Assembly (NCBI RefSeq): GCF_009914755.1
Contig: NC_060926.1
DNA: 64,000 bases
Direction: 5' to 3' (one strand)
Source: the human T2T-CHM13v2.0 reference genome, Homo sapiens
In this document: positions 41,850 to 60,999 of the stretch, piece after piece
Layout: every line of letters starts with the position of its first letter
How positions within the stretch are numbered: position 1 is the first letter of the stretch
Translations under genes and position numbers: made by a program
The notes under the pieces: generated by a model
Database searches by the model: none
Told to the model about the DNA's origin: nothing
The model's input: the letters and a program-made list of their open reading frames with translations, nothing else

Positions 41850-42170
41850 GTAAGACTATAATGTGGATGAATCTTGAAAATATTGTGCTAAGTGTAAAGT
41901 CAGTCATAAAGTCTCACATACTGTGCAATTCTGTTTATAGGAAATGTCCACAATATGGAAATCTATGGATATGGGGTTGATCGCTCTATGTAGTTGTTAC
42001 CTAGGGCTGAGGGTCAGGGAGAGGGTTTGAGACAGAATGAGGAGTGAATAATGTTTACAGGGTTTTTCTCTGGTCGGGGGTGATAAAATGTTCTAAAATG
42101 GATTGCGAATTAAAACTGAATATGCACAACCACAAATATACTAAAATCCACTGAATTCATGACTTTTAAT
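41850..42170 (+). mobile_element. L1MB-like 3' end fragment
   Basis: TGGATGAATCTTGAAAATATTGTGCTAAGTG...AATATACTAAAATCCACTGAATT is typical of L1MB 3' ends. Confidence 0.7.
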
Positions 42171-42845
42171 GGGGGAAACTTACGTGGCACACTCTCATCG
42201 AGACCACGGCAGACATAGTGAATGAGAAAAAGGTGAGTAAATATCTGAAAGGGAGGCAGAAACAGAAAGAATGAAAAGCCCTGTGAATGGAGAGAGAGAG
42301 AAAAGGGAAAATGGTCCTATTTACAAATGACAGATCTGAAACTGGGGCTCACATCAACAGTGTCACTGCCAGGGAGGAGGGGCATGCTAGCCATGTCACC
42401 GGTAGTGTCACCCGCAGGGACGCTGACATGCTGGAGGTTCGTGTCAGCATGGGCTCTGGCAGCCATGTGGGCCAGCAGGAGGGTCCCGCTGCACAGCTGT
42501 GGGGTGAGGATAGCCTGGGTGGTGATATCAGCCATTACAGGGGCCTCTTCTGCTGGCAACAGTGTGACAGTAGCAAGTAGATGGACAGGCCTGTGTGTGA
42601 GGATGGAATGCAGGAGGGGCTCTTCTGCGGCTGGGTGTGGGGCCCTCACCAGAAATGTGGAGAAATGGCCAGGTAACTGTGTCATGTTGGCTAGTAGATT
42701 GGCCAGGGCTTCGAACTGAAGGACAATAACGGGGAGTAGCTGTCAGGCCCTGGGAGTGTCTGAGTGTAAGTGGAGATGGGTTTGGGGTCACTGAGGGATA
42801 CGTGGGAGCCATCCCTGTATAGATACAGGTCATAGGGAGATAGTC

Positions 42846-45083
42846 TCATGAGGCCTGTGAGTGTCTAGGGTTCTCCTGGGTGCCTGGGGCTGACTGCGGC
42901 AGAAATCTGGGGAAGGCTGGAGAGAAGCTGGGAGACACAGGAGAGTCCCTGAAGGCTGGGGGTGAAGAGGTGAAAGAAATGGGGGAGGGGTGCAGTAAGG
43001 TCCGTGAGTTTGTAGGTGATTCCTGGGTGTGGGAAGCTGACCCCAGGTGAAATCTGGAGATGGTTGGAGAGTAGGTGAGAGAGACAGAAGAGTCCCTGAG
43101 GGCTGGGGGTGACAACATGAGCGAGACTGGGGAGTAAGTCAGTGAAATTGGTGAGTTTGGTGGTGTGCCCTGGGTGCCTGGAACTGACTCCAGCTGGAAT
43201 CTAGAGAAGTTTTGAGAGTAGCTGAAAGAGACACAAGAGTCCCTGTGGGCTGAGGGCAAAGAACTGAGAGAGACCAGGGAGGATCTCAGTGAGGTCTGTG
43301 AGTCTGTAGGTGATTCCGGAGTGTAGGAGGCTGACTCCGGCTGAAATCTGGGCGTGGCGGGAGAGTAGCTGGGACAGACAGGAGAGTCCCAGGGGGCTGG
43401 GGGTGAAGACGTGAGAGAGACTGGGGAGTAACTCAGTGAAACTGGTGAGTTTGATGGTGACTCCGGGGTGCCTGGAACTGACTCCCGCTGAAATCTGGGC
43501 ATGGTTGGAGAGTAGCTGGGACAGACAGGAGAGTCCCTGAGGGATGGTGAAGACATGACAGAGACTGGAGAGTAATTGAGTGGAATTGGTGAGTTTGGTG
43601 GTGATTTCTGGGTGCCTGGAACTGACACCAGCTGAAATCTGGGCGTGGTTGGAGAGTAGCTGGGACAGACAGGAGAGTCCATGAGGGCTGGTGAAGACAT
43701 GAGAGAGACTGGGGAGTAACGCAGTGAAATTGGTGAGTTCGGTGGTGATTTCTGGGTGCCTGCAACTGACTCCCGCTGAAACGCGGGCGTGGTTGGAGAG
43801 TAGCTGGGACAGACAGGAGAGTCCCTGAGGGTTGGGGATAAAGGCGTGCTAGAGACTGAGGAGTAATTCAGTGAAAGTGGTGAGCTTGGTGGTGATCCCT
43901 TGGTTCCTGGAACTGACTCCCGCTGAAATGTGGGCATGTTTGGAGAGTAGCTGGGACAGACAGGAGGGTCCGTAAGGGCTGGGGGTGAGGACGTGAGAGA
44001 GACTGGCCAGGATCTCACTGAGGTCTGTGAGTTTGTAGGTGTTTCTGGGGTGTGGGAGACCGACTCCCGCTGAAATCTGGGCGTAGTTGGAGAGTAGCTG
44101 GGACAGACAGGAGAGTCATTGATGGCTGGGGGTGAGCTGCTGGATGATGGCAGTAAGAACACATGATATATTATTGATGAATGAGGTGACTGTGAAGAAT
44201 CTCCAGAGGAGGACAAGGAAGAGCATAATGACATGAGTGATTGTCCTGCTTGGTTAGGAAAGGGAAATGTAAAGTTGTGAAATTCTGTTGATGAGGGATG
44301 TGAGAGTGGTGAAGTCCTGCGGGATGATGTAGAGTACTTCCACATCCCTGGTGAGGAGCTGCCCCTTGGGTCTGAATTTCTGGGAGGGGAGAGGGAGAAG
44401 CTGGGTGAGGCAGGCATGAATCTTGAGGAGTCAGGGCTGAGGGACCGCTCATAATCTCCCGAGACCTGTGAGTCTCTGGGAGACTCATAGGTACATGGGG
44501 CTGACTCCCGCAGAAACCTGGGGATGGTTGGAGAGTAACTGGGAGACACAGGAGAGTCCATGACGGCTGGGGGTGAAGAGAGGAAAGACATAGGCGAGGA
44601 GCACCGTGAGGCTCGTGAGTTTGTAGGTGATTCCTGGGTGTTGGGGGCTGACTCCAGATGAAATCTGGAGTTTTTTGGAGAGTAGCTGGGAGACACGGGA
44701 GACTCCCCGAGAGCTGGGGGTGAGCTGCTGGGTGATGGCAGTAAGAACATGTGGTATATTATTGATGAACGTGGTGACTCTAAAGAATCCCCAGAGGAGG
44801 ACACGGGAGAGCCCAATGGCTTCATTGGTTGCCCATCACGGTGAGGAAAGGGAAATGGGAGCTTGTGGGATTCTGCTGATGACAGAGGTGAGTGTGGTGA
44901 AGCCCTAGAGGATGGTGAATGGTAGCTCCAGGTCCCTGGTGAGGAGCTTCCTCTTAAGTCTGAGTTTCTGGGAGGGGAGAAGGAGAAGCTGGGTGAGGCT
45001 AGCATGGATTTTGGGGAGTCCGGGCTGGGGGACCGTTCATAAGAAGAGCCAGACAAGACCCCACTGTTCTTAGACGCAGACAT
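42846..45083 (-). CDS. Putative 745-aa Ser/Pro-rich repeat protein encoded by ACRO1 satellite (CTD-like SPSYSPT motifs); may be a truncated pseudogene
   Basis: Uninterrupted 2238-bp ATG-initiated ORF with 11 SPVxPSYSP-type repeats. Monomer spacings are 147 or 144 bp. Upstream promoter and intron signals are present. Expression cannot be shown from sequence. Confidence 0.5.
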   Translation of the reverse strand: MSASKNSGVLSGSSYERSPSPDSPKSMLASPSFSFSPPRNSDLRGSSSPGTWSYHSPSSRASPHSPLSSAESHKLPFPFPHRDGQPMKPLGSPVSSSGDSLESPRSSIIYHMFLLPSPSSSPPALGESPVSPSYSPKNSRFHLESAPNTQESPTNSRASRCSSPMSFLSSPPAVMDSPVSPSYSPTIPRFLRESAPCTYESPRDSQVSGDYERSLSPDSSRFMPASPSFSLSPPRNSDPRGSSSPGMWKYSTSSRRTSPLSHPSSTEFHNFTFPFPNQAGQSLMSLCSSLSSSGDSSQSPHSSIIYHVFLLPSSSSSPPAINDSPVCPSYSPTTPRFQRESVSHTPETPTNSQTSVRSWPVSLTSSPPALTDPPVCPSYSPNMPTFQRESVPGTKGSPPSSPLSLNYSSVSSTPLSPTLRDSPVCPSYSPTTPAFQRESVAGTQKSPPNSPISLRYSPVSLMSSPALMDSPVCPSYSPTTPRFQLVSVPGTQKSPPNSPIPLNYSPVSVMSSPSLRDSPVCPSYSPTMPRFQRESVPGTPESPSNSPVSLSYSPVSLTSSPPAPWDSPVCPSYSPATPRFQPESASYTPESPTDSQTSLRSSLVSLSSLPSAHRDSCVSFSYSQNFSRFQLESVPGTQGTPPNSPISLTYSPVSLMLSPPALRDSSVSLTYSPTISRFHLGSASHTQESPTNSRTLLHPSPISFTSSPPAFRDSPVSPSFSPAFPRFLPQSAPGTQENPRHSQAS
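42860..44740. repeat. ACRO1 147-bp satellite array (copy 2); partial copy 1 at 38015-38840
   Basis: GGAGAGTAGCTGGGACAGACAGGAG recurs at ~43360, 43507, 43651, 43795, 43942 and 44089 (147/144/144/147/147 bp). The 147-bp period and rDNA-adjacent context match ACRO1. Confidence 0.88.
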
Positions 45084-45359
45084 GATTAGGAAACCTGCAG
45101 CTCCCAGGGACCCCTACCAATTTTCTAACCCCCAGAATGAAGGAGTTTGTGTGTGTGTTTATGTGTGTGTGTGTTTTTGTCTGTTGTGACATATGTGCTC
45201 CTTAAGAAAATGGAAATGAACAAACCAATGTGACAGACAGAGATTTACTTACCCAAGTGTACTGTCCTATCCTCTGAATCTACTTCCAAGTCGTAAGACG
45301 CTGTAAGCTCCAGGTCCACGCTGAGCCGGCAGAACGCTCCAGCCGCTGCTCTGCTCTGC

Positions 45360-45465
45360 GAAGATCTGAGCTCGAGGCCCCCCAACAGGGCGGGTTTAAA
45401 TAGCCTTGGGCGCAGCCTGGCAGCGGAAAGGGCGGAGCTTCACTCCTCCTTTCCATGAGTCACCC
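45360..45465 (-). promoter_or_regulatory. Putative Pol II core promoter of the ACRO1 ORF (paralogue at ~39460-39560)
   Basis: TATTTAAA at 45402-45395, GC box GGGCGGAGC 45430-45438, AP-1 site TGAGTCA 45456-45462, Inr-like TCAGATC with A at 45367. In copy 1 the TATA-to-Inr distance is 31 nt (39497 to 39466). Confidence 0.55.
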
Positions 45466-45614
45466 CCAACTTTCCCAGGCTACACCTCGTAGGAAACTGT
45501 TCCCCTGATTTGATGTCTTGTGACACATTTGGGACAATCTGAGAACTTATAAGCTTTGTTGCTCAACTACATTATGAATTAAATGCACTTAAACACTGAA
45601 AACCATGTAGTGGT

Positions 45615-47820
<2,206 letters not shown>

Positions 47821-48121
47821 CACATCGCTAGTGTTTTCTTAAATGTCAGCATATTTCTGGGACTTCATTTCTCTTTTTGCTAATGCAAATTACATGCATG
47901 TTTAAGATAATATTTGCTTATGTTTTAATTTTTTTAAGTTAAAATGAAAGTCCCCATTGCTATATCAACCTCCTCTCTCTTGTTACTTTCATTTCCCTCC
48001 CAAAATTACCGTTATTAAAAATTTCACCTTAGTTGTTTCAGATCGGTTTCTATATATTTACACAGATATTTGTGTATAGTTAGGAATAGAGTTTGGGGTT
48101 TGTGTGTTTGTTTTTGCTTAA

Positions 48122-50555
<2,434 letters not shown>

Positions 50556-51044
50556 CCTACTATGTGTTTAACTCATGATTCTATAAATCAGTAGTTTGAG
50601 TGTGCCTCAGCCAGGCTCACGCTTGCATCTGAGTCAACTTCTAAGTTCACACTGCATATAATAGAACTCACGCATCCTTGTCAACTGCACCAGCTGGGTC
50701 CTGGGGTGGGGTGGGGCCCTCAACTGGGATCTCTGCCCCACTTGGTCTTATACTTCAGCAGGTCACACACTCACGAAGTCATAGCAGTCACAATGGCCCC
50801 AGAGACTGAACAGAGTTGTGCATTCTGTCAGATAAAATAAGTCACAATGCCAGCATTCCAGGGATGGGGGAATAGACTTCAGCTCTTGAAGAAATAAGGG
50901 GCTACAATGTCACATTGTCAAGAGTGAAGGATTTGGTCACTTCTGCCATCTCCCACAGAAAATAATTCTTGAGCTGTCATATGTAGTCTATATTTTGTTC
51001 TTCATCTTAGTTTCTCAGTGCTTTTTAATGCATGTTTCAAAACT

Positions 51045-51502
51045 ATATTAGTTTCCTCAGGCTGCTGTAACAAAGTACCAGAAACTGGGTAGCTTCAAAC
51101 AACAGAGATTAATTCTCTCACACTTCTGGAGAATAGAAATCTGAAATCAAGGTGTCAGCAGGGCCATGCTCTCCCTAAAAGCTCTAGAGAAGAATTCTTC
51201 CTTGTCTCTTCCTAGACTCAGTTTCCAGCAATCTTTGGCATCCCCTGGCTTGTATCATTCCACTTTTTGCCTCCATCTTAACATGGCATTTTCCCTCTGG
51301 GTGTGTCTGTGTCCAAAGTTTCTTCTGTTTTTTAGGACAGAAATCATTGCATTAAGGCCCACCCTAATCTAATGTGGTCTCATTTTAACTTGGTTATATC
51401 TGCAAAGATCCTGTTGGTCAATAAAGTTATGTTCATAGGTACTGGGTGTTAGGACTTGAACATATTTTTGGGATGGGGGGGCACACGATTCAACCCACAA
51501 CA
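51045..51502. mobile_element. MLT1 (MaLR) solo LTR
   Basis: TATATTAGTTTCCT..GGCTGCTGTAACAAAGTACCA...GAAATCAAGGTGTCAGCAGGGCCATGCTC...ATTCAACCCACAACA. Confidence 0.85.
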
Positions 51503-51935
51503 AAAGCCATGCATTTTTTTCTGGTCTTTGTGATATAAAAATTATGTATACATGAATATTTACAGCATTTTGTACTTCAAAACCTTTGTATCTTTTCATT
51601 TTATGTCAATGTCTCTGTCACTTTTGGAAAGCAAATGATGTTCTTCATCCTATCTCATTCATCCTCCTCCATGACTATTCACTAGTCCTTATTTAAAAAA
51701 AATCAAAACCTCAGTTTCCATGATCAATCTGCAACCCCATCCCTGAAGTTTATGCATCCTTCCCTCTAGTATCCCAACTCCAGCAATACCTTGTCCTGAG
51801 GGAAACTTCAATTCATAAACCCATGAATTTCTATGACTTTATCACACATCTCATGTTCCCATTTTTTTCTCCATACCCAATCCATAGTGCATTATGACCA
51901 CAACCTTTTATATATCCTGAGTTCCCATTCCATTA

Positions 51936-52290
<355 letters not shown>

Positions 52291-54605
52291 TAAACAACAA
52301 CAGCAAGAAAATGTATCACAAACTTACCTGAGCAGTGGCTGGAGAAAAAAACACACAATTGTGCTACCAGGTCTTCCTCTAAATTTCAGGCCACAGACAA
52401 TGAGCCAGTGCTCACTGCTTCCAGGCAATCCTACTCTATTTCTCTAGACTATTCAGCCTCCCATTTGCCAGAATGACCATTTCCCACTTTTCCATCTCTT
52501 CCCAAACATCACTCCCTGCCCTCTTCCTCCTTCTTCCCTTCTAGCTCATGACCTTGCTTCTCCTTTCACTGAGAAAATAAAATCAATCAGGAAAAATATG
52601 CCACCTTCTACTATGATATCTAGCAAATTTCTTGCACTGAATCCCCATATGCCTTCATGTCACCATGGCTGGGCTGTGCCTGCTTCTAACTGTAATCCCC
52701 TCAGCTTGTGCCCAAGATCCCATCTCTTCTTGACTAGTCAAGTACTCTGTTCCTGCTGCTGCCCCTTCAATTCTCCAGCACCACCAGCATCACTCTCTTT
52801 CAGTGCATTTCCATCAACTTAGGAACTTGGTTAACATCTCCAGTCTTGGTAGGCATGGGATGGTATTTGATTCCATTAGCCTTCCTAGCTACCCTCCCTC
52901 CTTTCACTGCTGTTCTTGACCACAAGTTGTCAAGAGACACTGCCTCAGTTTCTCCAATTCTTTTAAAACTCACTCCATTCATGCTTCCCACAACCTCCAC
53001 ATCATCCTGTCTGGCACACACATTTCCCCATAGCTGCTCTAGTTAAGATTACATCGCCAAATCCAGCAGTCAGTTTTCAGCCTCTCTCATCTTACTTGAC
53101 CTACCAATAGCATATGACACCACTTGTATCATTAGTGTGGATGATTGTTTCCATTAGTATAATGCAGCATTGTCTCAATTAGTATAATTATATTAATATG
53201 CATTAATATAAATTCTATTAATATTATTCACTATAAAGCCATGTGGGAGGTTATGATTCTACTACCACTCATACAGTTTTTGTTTTCCTGGTGTTTCTAA
53301 GTGCTTTTTTGGTACATTATATGTAGTTATTATTTCTCCAAGTTTTCAGTGTCTCAAATATGTTCTATAATGTATGGAGTCTACTTTTTCCAGATTCCAC
53401 CTTCCTGGATCCCCCCATCTTTATCCTTCCTTGAGGGCTGATTACCATCTTGGCCTGATTACAGTCTGGTTCAGTCTCCTGGGACTTCCTTTCGCTGTGA
53501 TCCAGCAAAAAATCCAGGGTTGAATTTCCTACTCCCTAGATGCTAATCTTCCTCTTTCTTAAATTATTACCTCATTTGCTGCAGCACGTAATCAAGTAAC
53601 AGCATGAGGGTTACTTCTCCTGCACTTAAGAGTACATAAAGAGTACATAGGAAGTACATTTTCTGAATCCCAGTATTTTTCCATTTAGGCAATTTATAGT
53701 TTGCATAACTATTACTGGGTCTAAGTTGACAATCATTTTATTTCAGAATTTTAAACAAAAATATGAATTGATGGGCAGAATAATGGATGCAATTGCTGAA
53801 GGTGCAAATTAGTGAGCTGGAAGATTAGGCAAGGGATTATTCCAGAGAGTAATGCAAGCAGATGGCACATTAGGATATGTGATGGGTATATGATGGATAT
53901 TAGGAGACATGAAAGAAGGAACCAACATATGGATAATAAGAGTATCACAAAGGGAGGGAATATACAATAATGGGGAGGAAAACCTCAAAAGAAAAAAATA
54001 AAATAAAATATCCCAGAGCTGGAGGAGAGATTTGAGATTCTAATTGAAAGGTCCTGCTGAGTGCTTAACAGGAAGAAGCAAAAATCTCGTCAAATTAAAT
54101 TATGGTAAACTTTCAGCTGATAAAGAAAAAAATCCTAAATGCCTCAAGAAAAAAAGTAAAACCCAAATATTACCTATTAGAGATTGAAGAATTAATTTGG
54201 TATCATAGTATTCTTCAGTAATAAAAACTAAAAGAGAGAGAGATAATGTTTCAAAGTTATGAAGAACTGTAACTTGTGTCTAAGTATTATATGCCCAGGC
54301 AAGCCAACATTTGCTGTGAGAGAAGAATGAAGACATAAGACAAAAGGACACAAGGAACTTACCAACTTCAGACTGTCTGAAAAAACTTCTTAAGAATACA
54401 GTCCAGCAAAATAAATAAATTCAAGATAGAGGAAGATGTACAGTATGTACAACAAGCAAGAATATACAGTAAATCTTAAGGTTAAATCTAAATAATTGTT
54501 TATATGTGAGGAAAAAAGAAAATTTAGTGTTCAGATTCTAGAAGACATAAATATGGGAGATGAGAGGAGAAGAAAGGAAGAAAGCTTGTTAAAAACATTC
54601 TTGTG

Positions 54606-55200
54606 GGCCGGGCCTGGTGGCTCACGCCTGTAATCGCAGGACTTTGGGAGGTCAAGGCGGGCAGATCACAAGGTCAGGAGATCGAAACCATCCTGGCTAA
54701 CACGGTGAAACCCCGTCTCTACTAAAAATACAAAAAAATTAGCCGGGCGTGGTGGCGGGCACCTGTAGTCCCAGCTACTCGGGAGGCTGAGACAGGAGAA
54801 TGGTGTGATCCTGGGAGTCAGAGCTTGCAGTGAGCCAAGATTGTGCCATTGCACTCCAGCCTGGGCAAAAAAGTAAGAGACTCCGTCTCAAAAAAAAAAA
54901 AAAAAAAAAAAGGAAAGAAAAAAATAAGAAAAAAACATTTCTGACCAGACATGATGGCTTGTGCCTGTAATCTCAACATTTTTTCAGTCCAAGGTGGGAG
55001 GATTGTTTGAACACAGATGTATCAGACCAGCCTAGGCAACACAGTGAGACTCTATAAGAAAATTTCTAAAAATCAATTAGGCATGGTGGTGCATACCTGT
55101 AGTTCCAGTTACTTGGGACACTGAAGTGGGAGGATTACTCATGCCCAGGAAGCTGAGGCTACAGTAAGCAACAGAGCAAGACCATGCATCAAAACAAACA
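54606..55200 (+). mobile_element. Two tandem Alus (AluY-like 54606-54935; older Alu 54943-55200)
   Basis: Alu consensus motifs and A-tails. Confidence 0.9.
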
Positions 55201-55329
55201 AACGAAAACCAAAACAACGAACAGAAAACATTTTTTTAATTTGGAAAGATGATATCAACACTGATGAACTCTAATAAACTTTTAATAGAGGAATTTTATA
55301 ACTTATATTTATAAAACATCTTATTATGT

Positions 55330-57145
<1,816 letters not shown>

Positions 57146-57929
57146 CGATCGTTTCTTTCCCTCCTTTTGTTTGATTGAGGTTGTTGTTGTTCATTTTCTT
57201 TCCTTTAGAGCAGTGATTTTCAAGGTGTTACTGTTGGGTGTTTTGAATGGATGACTTCTTTGTTGAGATAATTAATTTACAGATGCAATATGTTTAGCAT
57301 TCCTTACCTCTGCATACTAAACTCATACCCCAGTCACTGGAGCAAGCAAAGATCACCCACACAATTCAAAAGAGTCTTAGGGGGGCTATTTCCTTCCTCT
57401 TTGAGGGTCCCTGTTCTACTTTTTCATTTTCTTTTTCTTTTTTTAGACATAAAATCTCATGCTGTCACCCAAGCTGGAGTACAGTGGCACCATCATTGTC
57501 CACTGCACCCTGAACCTTCCAGGCTCAAGCCATCCTCCCACCACAGCTGCTTGATCAACTAGGATTACAGGCCAGAGTCACTGTTCTATAGTTGGGAATT
57601 AGAAGCAGCTCCTAGATCAATTATTCCAGCACTTTGTCTTTTGTTCCTAACACACCCATTTAAGTGTGTATTTTCAGACTAAAGACAAGCTCTTAGATTA
57701 GGTAAAAGTAACATTTAAAAATAACTATAATAATAAAGAGTATATAAATAATAAGATAAAAAATGCTAATTTTAAGAGAAAGTGAAAAAATAAATACTAG
57801 AGGAAATCTAATGAAAAGAAAGCAGGTACAGTCGGCACTGAAAAGTAAACTCAAGGTGAAAATACAAAGTACTTAAAATGTTAATGACATTTTTGGTCCA
57901 TCAAGAAGATATGACCATTATGAAACTTA

Positions 57930-58345
57930 CACAGGGTCAGCATCACTAAATTTTAAAATCCAAAATGTTCCACAATCCGAAACTTTTGGAATGTGAACAT
58001 GACACCACAAAAGAAAATTTCCACACCTGAAATATTTGCTTTCTTTCTCTTCTTTTCATTAATTGATTTTTCTTTGGTCATCTGACGAAGGCAATCTTTG
58101 CTTCTGATGGTTCAATGCACACAAACATTGTATACAAACCTTGTGAACAAAATTAATCAAATAATTCTATAAAATTAATTTCAGGGTACGTGTATAAGGT
58201 GTATAGGAAACGCAAATGAATTTTGCGTTTAGACTTGGGTCTCATCCTCAAGATATCTCATTATGCATATGCAAATATTGCAAAATCTGAAAAAAATAAA
58301 AAATCTGAAACACTTCTGGTCCCAAGTGTTTCAGATAAGGAACAG
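57930..58345. mobile_element. Tigger4/MER46-like DNA transposon fragment
   Basis: AATCCAAAATGTTCCACAATCCGAAACTTTT...AAATCTGAAACACTTCTGGTCCCAAG..TTTCAGATAAGG. Confidence 0.75.
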
Positions 58346-58428
58346 ACCACTTCCATACCTAATAACACAACTTTTAAAATGTAAAGCCGCTTGTATACCT
58401 AATAACACGACTTTTGAAAAATGAAGTA

Positions 58429-59119
<691 letters not shown>

Positions 59120-59815
59120 TGCGAGCCTTTTTGACATGAACTTTTCAATCATTGACAGATGCATAATGAAAAAATCTAAGTAAGCATAAATAAGCATGTA
59201 GGAAATTTAAATAGCACAATTAACAAGTCTGGTGAAAATATAAATGTATGCATATCCCTCTGATAGAGAAAACGCATTGTTTTCCAATAGACACAGATGT
59301 CACAAAAATTAACATTGTATTAGGTCAAAAATAAAAATGTTCCTGAACTCGCTTTTTAAAATTCAAGTATGTCAAATTAAATCAAGTAATCCTTCAACTT
59401 AGAGCAATATATAAGAACATCAAACATGTAAACATCAAAAGACAGAAATAAGCCAAAAGAATTGCACTGTCCCTTTATGTGCCCTAAGTTGCAATGTCAA
59501 GCTATAGTTGGATATTATTCAACCATTTCCTGCCCATTGCCTAGAGGTAGGGGTCTTCACTTCTCTGTCTAATCTAGGACTGGAACTGCCTCACGACCCC
59601 TACAGCTTGAGGGTGCATGGAAAACGGAATGCCAGCCAGATATTCCAAACAGAGCCTCTACCAGCAGGACCAGGTGACCATTCCTAGGAGAGAGATTGTT
59701 CTCACCCATTATCAGGGCTTTCCTCCAGGCTAAAACTGTGGGTCTCTAATGGAATTCTTATTCAATTTTCCCACCCCATTAGAGTACACAAAATTGTCTT
59801 TAATAGAAATCTTAA

Positions 59816-60496
59816 TTTTTTTTAATTTTATTATTATTATACTTTAAGTTGTAGGGTACATGTGCACAACGTGCAGGTTCGTTACATATGTATACATGTA
59901 CCATGTTGGTGTGCTGCACGCATTTAGCATTAGGTATATCTCCTAATGCTATCCCTCCCCCCTCCCCCCACCCCACAACAGGCCCCGGTGTGTGATGTTC
60001 TCCCTCATGTGTCCATGTGTTCTCATTGTTCAATTCCCACCTATGAGTGAGAACATGCGGTGTTTGGTTTTTTGTCCTTGCTATAGTTTGCTGAGAATGA
60101 TGGTTTCCAGTTTCATCTCTGTCCCTACAAAGGACATGAACTCATCATTTTTATGGCTGCATAGTATTCCATGGTGTATATGTGCCACATTTTCTTAATC
60201 CAGTCTATCGTTGTTGGACATTTGGGTTGGTTCCAAGTCTTTGCTATTGTGAATAGAGCCACAATAAACATACATGTGCATGTGTCTTTATAGCAGCATG
60301 ATTTAAAATCCTTTGGGTATATACCCAGTAATGGGATTGCTGGGTTAAATGGTATTTCTAGTTCTAGATCCCTGAGGAATCGCCACACTGACTTCCAAAA
60401 TGGTTGAACTAGTTTACAGTCCCACCAACAGTGTAAAAGTGTTCCTATTTCTCCACATCCTCTCCAGCACCTGTTGTTTCCTGACTTTTTAATGAT
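59816..60496 (-). mobile_element. 5'-truncated L1PA 3' end
   Basis: T-rich tail, L1 3'UTR and ORF2 C-terminus ([19 protein letters not shown]). Possible TSD AAATCTTAA. Confidence 0.95.
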
Positions 60497-60999
60497 CTTA
60501 AATCTTAAATGCAATAACATAAAGTAAAATAAAGCCTAAGTCCCAACAAGGGGAAATTTTCAAAAATAATCTGAAAACTTCCCGCGTTTTCTTGTTATGT
60601 TGTAATGAGTACTCCTGCAATTCCCCTATTAAGGATTCAGTCAATGGTTGTTAATTCATTCTGCTTCTTCTGAGACTAGGAAAAAAATTACAGGGCTATG
60701 TTATATCGCAAGTGTAGATTATGCAGTGTCTTCATCAACAGAAACAAAACATGGTGTGGGGCGGGGATGGAACTATTTAAGTGAATTTTAATTGAAAAGT
60801 TTCGTGGTTTTAACATTAAAAGACATGCCTATAAAATAAGAACCTGTAAAAGTCTTCACTAAAATGGTAAAGTGCTCATTTCCAAGTAGTAAAATATTGA
60901 AACTTTTTCTTTTCATCGTTGATAGTGATTTAACATTTCATTACTTTATCGTTATTATGATTGTCATTATTTTAGACGAATGCACGAAGTCAAAGGACT

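Noticed and set aside
58355-58425. TACCTAATAACAC.ACTTTT direct repeat
   Set aside because: Small local duplication beside a Tigger end; no sign of function.
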